A program made the translations under genes and the position numbers. Shown here piece by piece: positions 32,734-42,255 of a stretch of 42,255 nucleotides of DNA; position 1 is the first letter of the stretch, and every line of letters starts with the position of its first letter. The stretch lies in the NCBI GenBank assembly GCA_049999805.1, contig JBNGIO010006081.1, positions 1 to 42,255 of the forward strand, given 5' to 3'. The DNA is from Folioceros fuciformis. Lineage: Eukaryota. Below the pieces are notes generated by a model. It did no database searches and was not told the DNA's origin. It was given only the letters and a program-made list of their open reading frames with translations.

Positions 32734-35089
32734 ATGGCTCTCGTTGGAGGGCTGCCGCAGGTTGTAGCCTTGCGGATTAATGGTCTGGACCAGCTGAAAA
32801 TGGGCTTGCCAATGCAATGCAAGCCTTCCCCTTCTTTCTCGTCCCAAGACCTTGCCTTGGGGCGGCACAAGCTGGTGGAAGCACTGAAGGACAAGCCTCT
32901 GGGGAGTGTGAGAGGTGGGCGCCAGGCGATTGTTGTGACTGCATCGGCCGTGGCACCTCCACCGCCTCCGATTGACGACGATTTGCATGTAAGCTGTCGA
33001 CCAGTATCGGGGGTCTGTTTACCTGCAGCACAGCTTACTTGGTGCTTACTCTCCTGGACTGGGACGCCTTGCAGACGTTGATTGAGGAAATGGGTGGTGA
33101 GGTCTCGGATACTGGAGTTGTGAAAACTTTCGGGAACGATGTCGAAGCCATAAAGGCTGCGGGGAATGGTGTCGTGGTGAGGGTTTGTCTGCTGCTGTGG
33201 CCGTCAGTGCGCCAAGCTCAGCTGCTAAGGCGAGGTTTCCATGTGTAACAGGTTGCCGAGCTCTCTCATTTTGGCAGGCTTCGTGGTAAGAGCCGTTGAG
33301 GCATTTGTTCGTTCATTTGCAACTGTGCCAGAAGTTTGCAAGGCAGCTCTGGTTGTTTTGCTGTAGTTACTGGAGACGACCGGATTAGATTCTTGCACAA
33401 TCAGAGTACAGCTGATTTTCAGTCTCTACGGGAGGGCCAGGTATTTCATTGTCACGTTCCTGGTACGACTGTGTGCACTGGGGTTTCTGATGGTGCCAGT
33501 GGGTCATGCATGCATCATTGGTTTGAGCGTCGACACAGGGTTGCGATACAGTGTTTGTGACGTCTACTGCACGAACAATTGACCTAGCGACCGCTTGGAT
33601 CATGGTATGATCTTCTGAACCCGTTGTGAAGGCTGCCTGAATTGTGTGTTGAGAGTAACGCTTTGTAGCTTCACAGTCACAAAATAATCTTTGCACAGGG
33701 TTAAATTCTTGCTGCAGAAGACGGCCGTGATACTGTTCGTGTCACCGAACACTCGAGAAAGCCTGCTGAAGATGCTGAATAAGTATGCCTCCTGTCTGGT
33801 GCGAACGTCAGTTTGTAGCTCATTCTCCTCCAGCTAGGAGTTGAAGGCTCTTGACGAAATGATGTCTGTCCTTGCTCTTAGGTACATATTTTTTGCAGAC
33901 AAGGTGGAGGTGGAGGACGTAACAGAGAAAACATATTTCTTGTCAATACATGGTCCCAAGAGCGACGAGGTACAGTGAACGCATCTGTGGCATTTTTTAG
34001 CTTGCGTAGCTGAGGTAGTACATGAGGCATTTCGAGCACCAAATGCCACTTTTCCACTGTCTGAGAACAGTTCAAATTTCCGTTGCAGCTTATGAAGCAA
34101 CTGAATCTTGGAGACATTGTGGGGGAGGCATATGGCACCCACAAACATTATGCCGTACGTGCTTCCTATGTCTAACTGGTCGCAATCTGGCTTCTCCTCG
34201 TTTCTGGTGCTCTGAACTCTTCCATGTTCTTTCTTTTCCAGTCTGCAGCAGGGTTCAATCTGAAAAGTTGGCCATGTAGGTTGAGGGCACTCCGGTTACG
34301 GTGGGAGTAGGTAATGGCCTGTCGGAGAAGGGGTATTCTTTATTACTGTCGACGGCAACCGCTGGGCTTGTGTGGAACCTCATCTTGCGTGCTGGTGCGG
34401 TGCCGATCGGAGCTACGGCGTGGGAGCGGCTCCGCGTCCTACATGGTTCTCATCAGCCTTCAACCTCCCCTTGGCTGTCTTTGCTGCAGAAGAGGTGATT
34501 GTTTGATAGCAAGTTTGTGCCCTGAAGGTTCAACCTTTGAGTGCTGCCTGTCCTCTCCAGGTAGGCCAGCGGCAGGCAAGGAACTAGTCGAGGAATTCAA
34601 CGTTCTAGAGGCTGGACTCTGGAAAACCGTCTCACTGACGAAAGGTTGTTGGCAGTCCCCGTGTCCATTCTCCTTCTATCTAGTTGTCACCACTGACGGA
34701 ACACCTCCATGCACCCGTAGGCTGTTACATTGGACAAGAAACTGTGACGAGGTTGATAACGTACGACGGCGTAAAACAGCAGCTGTGGGGGATCCAGCTC
34801 GACGGCCCTGCTGAGCCAGGAAGCAGCATCACCATGGATGGGAAGAAGGTGAGAGGTCGTCGAGCAGCCGAAGCATGTTTGTCTTGCATCAAAACACGCC
34901 CAGTTGTTTAAGAGCTTGTGTCACCAGGTTGGAACCCTCACGAGCTACACCTTGGGAAACGGATCGGACCATTTTGGCCTATGCTACATCCGCAAGCAGG
35001 CTGGAGGTGCTGGGCTTCAAGTTGACATCGCTGGTGTGAACGGAAAAGTTGTAGATGTTCCCTTCTTGACCCGATCGCTTCCGTCTTGA
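32734..35089 (+). CDS. Plastid folate-dependent YgfZ/IBA57-like (COG0354, At1g60990-like) aminomethyltransferase-family protein, multi-exon
   Basis: 'ELSHFGRLRVTGDDRIRFLHNQSTADF', 'GCDTVFVTSTARTID', 'YIFFADKVEVEDVT', 'WERLRVLHGRPAAGKEL..NVLEAGLW..SLTKGCYIGQETVTRL' (KGCYxGQE signature); N-terminal transit peptide. Confidence 0.9.
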
Positions 35090-35334
35090 TGGAATGGGTA
35101 CCGGTCTCACAAGCATCTTAATCCAATTTGGACGTTCGGCGCGTGTGTTGTCTAGTACGCCGTACGCATTCTTTGCCCGTGCTGCGCAGCTGTTTGTCGT
35201 GGTTAAGTGAATACCTATCCGCCGAAAGCAAACTCGCAGACACTTGGCTTTGAGACGTCTCTCGCTTCCAGGGCACATAGATCGGTCCGCGTTCCGGGTA
35301 GGGAAGAAGTCGATCCTGCTGGATCGATCACCCG

Positions 35335-35400
35335 GCCGGCGGGTTGGGACAGTTGTGAACCGCCGGCGGGTTGGGACAGGTGTGAAGCGCCGACGGATTG
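35335..35400. repeat. 27-bp GC-rich tandem repeat (~2.4 copies) upstream of RUS2
   Basis: GCCGGCGGGTTGGGACAGTTGTGAACC / GCCGGCGGGTTGGGACAGGTGTGAAGC / GCCGACGGATTG. Confidence 0.85.
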
Positions 35401-35534
35401 ATTGCCCCGGTTCGCTTTTCTGGGGAATTACGAATCTGTAGCGGTGATGGGAGGTGCGAGGCTACGGGAATGGAAGTGCGGCGGCATTTAGAGTCTAGGT
35501 GTGGTGGCCTTGCCAGAGGCCGTTGGGGAGAACC

Positions 35535-36878
35535 ATGGACGGCATGAAGGCGCGAAACATGAATGCTCTGGTACTGCGCAGGGTTCAGGAGGAGGAGAAA
35601 GTGGCAGCCGTCGAGAAGGAGCTGCCGAGATTCGAATGGATTGAAGTAGCTGACAACGTGCAGCGGAAGTATGAACTCGGGGGTCGTAAGGACAGCAGGC
35701 TGGTGGGGGTTGTGCTCAAGGACACCAGGCCGCCTGTGCAGAAGGTGGTGGACAGCTTTCTGGGCAGGTTTTTTCCTCTTGGATACCCTCACAGTGTGTC
35801 AGAAGGATATCTGGCCTATTCCCAGTATCGAGCGGTGCAGCATTTTGCAAGCGCAGTGCTGTCTGTCTTGTCTACGCAGTCTCTGCTGTTTGCAGCGGGT
35901 CTCAGACCTACTCCTGCGCAGGCAACCATTGTGAGCTGGGTGTTGAAGGATGGGATGCAGCATATCGGGAAGCTCTTCTGCAGCAGCCTGGGCGCCCGGA
36001 TGGACTCGGAACCTAAGCGGTGGCGGATATTCGCAGATGTGATGTACGATGTGGGAGCAGGGCTGGAAGTGATATCCCCGTTCTGCCCGCAGCATTTCCT
36101 GGGAGTGGCGGGGCTGGCAAACATGGCCAAGGGTATGGCTCTGGTTTCAGCTAGGGCCACAAGGCTGCCAGTCTATTCATCGTTCGCGAAGGAGGGTAAC
36201 CTGAGTGATTTGTACGCCAAGGGGGAGGCCATCTCAACTTTGTCTAACGTTCTAGGGCTAGGTGTGGGCATCCATCTGGCGTCCACAGTCTGTGCGTCCA
36301 TCGAAGGCAAGCTGTTGGTGGCTCCTCTGCTATCGGCTGTGCATCTCTATTCTGTGGCACAGGAGATGCGTGCGGCGCCCATCAACACTCTGAACGCGCA
36401 ACGAACGGCCCTGCTAGTGGCTGACTTTCTCAGGACAGGTGTAGTGTCACATCCTGCCCAGCTGAGAAACCGGGAGCGTCTGGTGCTGCCCATCCGTCTG
36501 AACCGTGATGCTGGAAACGTCAGGGTCGGAGCTCCCCTGCATCGAGCTGTGGGCAAGCCGTCCAAGCTGTTGGAGCTGAAGGAGAGTTTTCGCAAGGAGC
36601 GTTTTCTTCTCAACTTCAACGACAAATGCACCGACCTTGTGTTGCACCAGTCTGCTACTGGGGAGGATGCCGTGAGAGGCTGGCTGTTGGCAGCTTGCAC
36701 AGCCAAAGTAGCAGGATCCAGCTGTGATCGATCGTCGCCCGAGCAATTTTCTGCTGCCCTGGACAAGGCCTACTCCGAAATGGAACCGCTGCTGCCGTCT
36801 TTGCTATCTGGATTGAAGGATAAGGGATGGCACACCCATCTTTTCCTCGAGGGCTCGGGCATTCGAGCAGTCTGGTAG
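35535..36878 (+). CDS. RUS2: ROOT UVB SENSITIVE 2-like DUF647 protein; intronless
   Basis: 'FFPLGYPHSVSEGYLAYSQYRAVQHFASAVLSVLSTQSLLFAAGLRPTPAQAT..LKDGMQHIGKL..MDSEPKRWRI..FAKEGNLSDLYAKGEAIST'. First in-frame ATG at 35535. Confidence 0.9.
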   Translation: MDGMKARNMNALVLRRVQEEEKVAAVEKELPRFEWIEVADNVQRKYELGGRKDSRLVGVVLKDTRPPVQKVVDSFLGRFFPLGYPHSVSEGYLAYSQYRAVQHFASAVLSVLSTQSLLFAAGLRPTPAQATIVSWVLKDGMQHIGKLFCSSLGARMDSEPKRWRIFADVMYDVGAGLEVISPFCPQHFLGVAGLANMAKGMALVSARATRLPVYSSFAKEGNLSDLYAKGEAISTLSNVLGLGVGIHLASTVCASIEGKLLVAPLLSAVHLYSVAQEMRAAPINTLNAQRTALLVADFLRTGVVSHPAQLRNRERLVLPIRLNRDAGNVRVGAPLHRAVGKPSKLLELKESFRKERFLLNFNDKCTDLVLHQSATGEDAVRGWLLAACTAKVAGSSCDRSSPEQFSAALDKAYSEMEPLLPSLLSGLKDKGWHTHLFLEGSGIRAVW

Positions 36879-37200
36879 TATGTCTGTTCACTCACGTGCA
36901 GCCTCCACATCCAAAGCATGTCGCACGCCGCACAATTTTTGCCCGCTCGCCTCGTTTTGTTACGCTTGCAGTTTTGATAAAGTGCCAATCGGCAATCTCC
37001 ATATCGGCGATTCACGTTAAGAGTCTGCTAGGATTTAAACACGGACTTTTCTGCCGAACAGCTTGTCTCTAGGATTCCTGGTACAGTGATCTCTCTGTAC
37101 AACCAGCAGCCAGAGCTCATGGCTGTCGGGAACGATTGTTCACGAGAACTATGTACTTCTATCGCTGAAACTGAATCAAATATCACAATCCACCTACAAA

Positions 37201-37272
37201 CAGGACAGGGAGAATCGAATCCCCCTACTCAAAGTTAGAAATCTGGAGCTGTACGGAATAAGCTACAACAAA
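37201..37272 (-). pseudogene. tRNA-like relic, possibly derived from tRNA-Arg(UCU)
   Basis: Minus strand reads GTAGCTTATTCCGTACAGCT-CCAGA TTTCTAA CTTTG-AGTAG-GGGGATTCGATTCTCCC. A-box-like and B-box/T-loop-like motifs have tRNA spacing and there is a TCT anticodon loop, but the acceptor and anticodon stems do not pair well. Confidence 0.4.
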
Positions 37273-37642
37273 CAAAACAAAGCCGGACATGCCGCCAAGG
37301 AATTCAATTCTCCGAGCAACTTACTCCATGCAGCATCGGGACTGGCTGATAGTACCGAAGGCATTTCTCCCAATGTACCCCATCGAAGATTGCGTTTGCT
37401 CTAGCCCAAATCGTAGGGTGGGGAGTATTTATGGCAAAACTCTGGACAACATTGATGACACTGTTTTCCCTCTTCTTTTGAGAATGTATCGGTTTACGAC
37501 AGCGCAAGCTGACTGCGTCTAGAGCTTGAACGCAGTCTTGAACACACTTGACTCCTATCTAGCTATACTAATGGTGCTGAGCACATCGTAACCTGGTACA
37601 TCAGCAGCAGGGCATATTGTGAGGCACCTTGGACTCTCGCTG

Positions 37643-39560
37643 CTAAAAATGCTCATCATTCGCCAGATTGACGCCATTCATAATCCTCTCAAGTGTGAAC
37701 AAGACACTCTCACGTGCGATTGATGTCGAAGTAACCAACTCCTGCAATAAAGGCGTACAGACTTAATACGTGGAATACGATGACGCACTCTATTTTGGAA
37801 GAAAACACCCACACACCATGCAAAATACCTCGACTAATTCGGGTGAGTAGGGGAAGTCCGACAAGCTCCCCTGTTGCAGATTTGGGAACTTTGACTGCAA
37901 ATACTTGGACCAATAACTTTGAAACTTCGCCCCCAGCGAACCTGACAACGGCATCTCTATATGACAAACGACCTTCGCCGCTTTCGCAAAGTGATACACT
38001 GAAATACACCCACGGTCAGTATACATCGAAGGGAATCTTCACAAGAAGGTCAAGAAAGATGGTTGAGAGGTTTACCGAGGCATATCAAAAGCTGTTCCGC
38101 CCATGGGTAGTCTGGGAGTACAAAGATAGAGGACACGGTGAAACGATACCGTGAGCGTTTGTCCTGCAGGAGTGAAAAGCTCAGAGACTTGTAGGACACA
38201 CAGCACGCTGCACTTACAGAACTCAACCGTACACGAGTACAGTGCATGACAACTTAGTCCAACCTTTAAAAAGTATCCAATGAAATTAAGCCTCAGAGAT
38301 TCATCACGGCAATGGAGAACGTAAAACACATAGTCGCTCACGCTCCAATCCGCTGGAGCATGACCCGAGAAAAGCTTCGCCAAGAAAAAAATGTTTGCAC
38401 AGAACTTCTGATTCTCCTCACCCATGACCTGTGATACAAGGCACAATACATCAAATCAGCTCAAACTAACTTACGCAACAAGATTTCGTCAGAAAAAAGT
38501 ACTAACCGACACTGTCCACTTGCCTCATAAACTCCATACTTGTTTCTACCATCAGGGCCATCAGTGTAAACGAGACGTCCAGGTGGGGCGAGCGAACGGC
38601 AATGATCCTGGCAATTAGCAAGAGCGTCAGCGACACAGTAACCAGCTGACAACTTAGTGAAACAGTGGAAACGAAGTCTAACCTCAAGACCCTCTCCGTA
38701 TCTGTGCTCCAAACATGCCTGGCAGACGAAAAGCTTGGGCATGTACTCCCAACGATCAGGTGGCAACAGTGGGCACGACGAAGTTTTCATTGACTGCTTT
38801 CCAATTTGGATAACACACACAGGCCGGGGAACTCGCTGAATCACAATCGCAACGGCAACAGCATCAGAAACTAGGTCAACTCCCTTGCCCTTGACATCAC
38901 AAAGGAAGACCCTAAAGCAACTACCATTCCGACACAAACAATCACACCGATATCACAGGCCACCACGATCCTCTCACTCAGAAGGATGCTAAGCCCGTCA
39001 GATCATGTGTGTGATACTGATCATCACATATCAGCATTGCAGAATATCGATCATCCTCGGGCAGTCACTTGTACAGAAAGCAGAGCTCGAGAAACGAACG
39101 CCACAAGACACTCTCACGCACCACTACCACATACCTCACCGTTGGGATCGGGGCAAAACGTAACATCAAACTGAACCAGACTGGCCACCTCCTCTGTCGT
39201 CCTAGATATTCTCACCGGCAAAACCTCCACCGCATCCTCCACCTCATTGTCCACGCCTACGAGCTCAATTTGGACCCCGGGTTCGCGTCCAGCCCGGCCC
39301 GATTCTGCTTTCTGGCGTAGTAGTCCCTCGGCCGTCCGGGTGGCTCGAAATTTCCTCTTCCTTGGACGTACACTCGCCCGAGACTTGATTGTCCGTGGAC
39401 ACAGCTTGATACCTTGTACAGCATGATCGTCAGCCCCCCCGGCGCCATCGCCAGCGGCAGCCAAGCTCTCAGGACCCGGGGGCTCATTCCGCCGTACCGA
39501 AAGAAACCTAAGTATGTGCTTAGGGACACGGCGAACGTTCACCTTCCACTTGCTTGTCAT
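37643..39560 (-). CDS. Highly diverged MYST-family (HAM1/2, Esa1-like) acetyltransferase-domain protein; proposed exons 39560-39135, 38835-38683, 38607-38524, 38428-38264, 38163-38076, 37998-37829, 37741-37643
   Basis: The spliced frame is open and collinear with MYST: 'VCVIQIGKQSMKT..PLLPP..KLFVCQACL', 'PPGRLVY', 'YE|VMGEENQKFCANIFFLAKLF..YVFYVL..FIGYFLK', 'VSSIFVLPDY', 'EMPLSGSLG..FQSYW', 'ELVTSTSIARESVLFTLE'. Linkage of the first exon is less certain. Confidence 0.75.
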
Positions 39561-40088
39561 TTCTGATTGTTGCTATCGATATATGTACAGTATGCAGAAC
39601 GCAATTTTCGTAACTAAATTAATTTTACGAGCTCTCGGTTCCTACACCTTTCGAAGTGTATCGGTAATCAACTAAGCTAAGCATATTCACATATATAGAC
39701 GAAACATTGAACAGCAGTCGATAAAAGAACACGAAAGGTTAAGCATTTTTTTATATCGCTTAATATTAATTGTTTTTATTAATAATATTTGTTTAATACT
39801 ATTTTTATATTTAAAATATAATACTAGTCAAATAGAATTTGGATCACAATACACATAGATAATTCAATCGTTAAAATTCAAGATAAAAAATATATTTTTT
39901 TATTACTATTAGAGCTCAAATAGCAAAGCATAACGCTTTATCTCTTTCTTGTTCTCGCTTGAAGAAGGCTTGCGGTTTAGGGTTTAGGGTTTTATTCTAT
40001 CATTTCTTCATATTTAACATGATTAGTAGTATAATTTAAAAAAAATTATAACATATTTTATTTTTAAGCTAATAGATAGTGTTTTTGA

Positions 40089-40188
40089 NNNNNNNNNNNN
40101 NNNNNNNNNNNNNNNNNNNNNNNNNNNNNNNNNNNNNNNNNNNNNNNNNNNNNNNNNNNNNNNNNNNNNNNNNNNNNNNNNNNNNNNN
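40089..40188. other. Assembly gap (100 N) in AT-rich sequence
   Basis: Run of 100 Ns; adjacency across the gap is not guaranteed. Confidence 0.99.
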
Positions 40189-40203
40189 CGCCCAAGATTA
40201 GAA

Positions 40204-40419
40204 TAAATGTAGGGCTGAAATGAAAGCTACTATTTACATATTTTGTTTATTAAGACCTAAAATAGTATGATGCTTTTCTACAAGGAAAATATAGTATGTG
40301 TTCTCCGGGACTAAATGTAGTGGTTAAATGAAAGCTATTATTTGTAATATTTTGTTTAACAAGACCTAAAATAGTATGATGCTTTTATACAAGAAAAACA
40401 TATTACATGTTCTCAGGGC
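40204..40419. repeat. 108-bp degenerate tandem duplication
   Basis: TAAATGTAG..AAATGAAAGCTA..AAGACCTAAAATAGTATGATGCTTTT..GTTCTC starts at 40204 and again at 40312. Confidence 0.85.
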
Positions 40420-40490
40420 ACTTCATTCTCACTCATATAAAAGGCATGGTGTGATCTACTTGTACTCACAATGTATTTTCCATTACGCCC

Positions 40491-40645
40491 TTCACTCCTA
40501 GCAAGGAACAAATAAACTCCTTCCATTGCAAACCTTGGGACAAAGCTGCTATTGTTGTCTTTCACTCTTAGCTAGAAACAAATAAACTCGTTCCATCGCA
40601 AACCTTGGGATAAAGGTGCCATTGTTGCCTTTCACTCCTAGCTAG
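40491..40645. repeat. 70-bp tandem repeat (~2.2 copies) upstream of the ATG8-like gene
   Basis: TTCACTCYTAGC starts at 40491, 40561 and 40631; the first two units continue AACAAATAAACTC..GCAAACCTTGGGA. Confidence 0.85.
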
Positions 40646-40877
40646 GTGCCATTGGTGCCGTTGTTGTTTCGTGGTGAATTGCTAGTTGTGGAAGGTGCGT
40701 CGGCCAAGGAAATTTGATCCAACAAAAGGCTGTTGCGCATCTAGAGCTCAGGTATCTTTCTTGAACTTGGATTCATTATGTGAGTTTGTTGGAGTGTTAA
40801 GGGATAATGTAGCATCTTAAGAGTACCGGACATGTTATTTGTTGCCAACAGGAGTTATGGGGAGGCTTATTAGAGAA

Positions 40878-41755
40878 ATGCAAAGCTCTGTCAAGGAGAG
40901 CTATACTATTGGTTAGGATCTTGTCAAATTCCTTTGAGATTAGGAGTAGCTTGCTGTTTGGTCTAGCTAACTAGGATGTGCAAACAGAGCAAAGGATTGC
41001 GATGACTCAGGAAGCAAAAGAAAGATTTCCACACAAACTATCAGTATGTACACCAACTTGTGTTGCTATACCAAAACCTTCCTCCAAAGATCTTTAATGT
41101 ACCGCTTAGCTATGATGTTTTTCGTAATGGAGTTGTGCTTGTTGTGTTTTGTGTTTGATTGTAGGTCATGATTGAGAGAGCTCCTGGTGCCGATCTTCCG
41201 AAATTAGCTCAGAGTAGGTAGGTTTGTTGCTTTCTTTCATCTTCATGCATTTTTAGTGCTACCTACCTCTGGTCTCTCCAATCTTGTTATTGATTTCCGT
41301 TGTTATGTGAGTTCCCTTTCAGGTTATTGGTTCGTTGTGAGGCGTCACTCGAAGAACTCCGGTCTCAGATTCTAGTGCGAATCGAGCGCGAACACCACTT
41401 ACAATCCGAAGACACTATCGATTATGCTGGCAATGGGGCTCTTGATCGTGACGAAACTCTCATATTCTTTGTAGATGGATTTCTCCCTAAACAAAGTATG
41501 TCTTCTCGATAGGAAAACAACAACAATCTTTCGCATGCTTCTCGTTACTCACATTCAGATTAAATGTTTAGGATTTATGTAGACAACTTGTTTTGCTTCC
41601 CCTCAACTTTCTATTAAACTCGTTGCAATGTTTCGGATGTAGGTGCCATGATGAACACTTTGCATGCCGCTCATCATGATGAGGATGGCTTTTTGTATCT
41701 CTACTATATTGGTTCGAAGAAGTTTGACGACGGTAGATCATATATCTTCTCCTAA
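40878..41755 (+). CDS. Divergent ATG8/GABARAP-like ubiquitin-fold protein, 142 aa; exons 40878-40911, 40988-41043, 41165-41217, 41323-41495, 41643-41755
   Basis: Spliced product MQSSVKESYTIEQRIAMTQEAKERFPHKLSVMIERAPGADLPKLAQSRLLVRCEASLEELRSQILVRIEREHHLQSEDTIDYAGNGALDRDETLIFFVDGFLPKQSAMMNTLHAAHHDEDGFLYLYYIGSKKFDDGRSYIFS. It aligns with plant ATG8 throughout (DEDGFLY hallmark). All introns are GT-AG at the usual ATG8 positions. Confidence 0.85.
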
Positions 41756-42255
41756 ACTCGAATAAAATGGAAAAACAATCTACCCCTAGTCTACACCTAG
41801 AGGGTAACTCTTGAAGCTTAATGACTACCAATAGTACCTAAAATATTATGGTTCGGAAGGAGAAAGAATCTACCTACTAAGGAGTTATGAAGCCGCATAG
41901 AAAGAGTCTACCTACCACTGGGGAGAGCCCTCTTGTAAATATAGTCCTAGGCAATGTTCGATGTAAAGCAATGGAAACCCTAATACAATAATAGATTCTA
42001 AGATTAAGGATTACCATAGCTTATTAACTTTTATTATAACACCTCTAATTATACAGAGGCCTTAGATTATATTTTAATATTAAATTAATTTAGTCGTCCT
42101 AACCTATATAACAGGCTTGAATGTCAGCGGTTTCCGCAGCATGCATGTTCAGTGTTCACTGGCTTGTGTGAATGTTACAATCAGATGTTTCTTTGTTTTT
42201 CATTCATGTGAGCTAAATCTTAATCCGTGCCAAGTGGCGGCCAGAAGGCCACGTC

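Noticed and set aside
39976-39989. (TTTAGGG)2 as a telomere or telomerase-RNA template
   Set aside because: Only two units (telo-box scale); no Pol III USE/TATA arrangement was recognised.

Overview
Gene-dense, GC-rich (about 50%) nuclear genomic DNA of a non-seed land plant with short (~75-110 bp) introns. It is most likely a hornwort, inferred from the PLS-class PPR ending in the 'PGQSWWTD' (WW-type) motif and the compact architecture. In order the window holds: the 3' part of an 11S/legumin-like cupin gene, a long PLS-E+ PPR gene, VPS11, a decayed CRE-like (RLE) non-LTR retrotransposon, PPCS/CoaB, three adjacent intronless plastid genes (PPD4, Rubisco-activase-like, FKBP19), MTP7, a GPRP gene, an unexplained ~2 kb block with a perfect hairpin, glyoxalase II, an intronless 1775-aa KDM3 JmjC demethylase with repeat insertions, a plastid YgfZ/IBA57-like gene, intronless RUS2 and a tRNA-like relic. 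Two spliced genes are split across fragments in the ORF track. One is a highly diverged MYST-acetyltransferase-like gene lacking the acetyl-CoA-binding motif. The other is an intact five-exon ATG8-like gene that lacks the canonical lipidation glycine. These two are the most interesting signals. All family assignments are from recalled motif similarity; no database searches were run.
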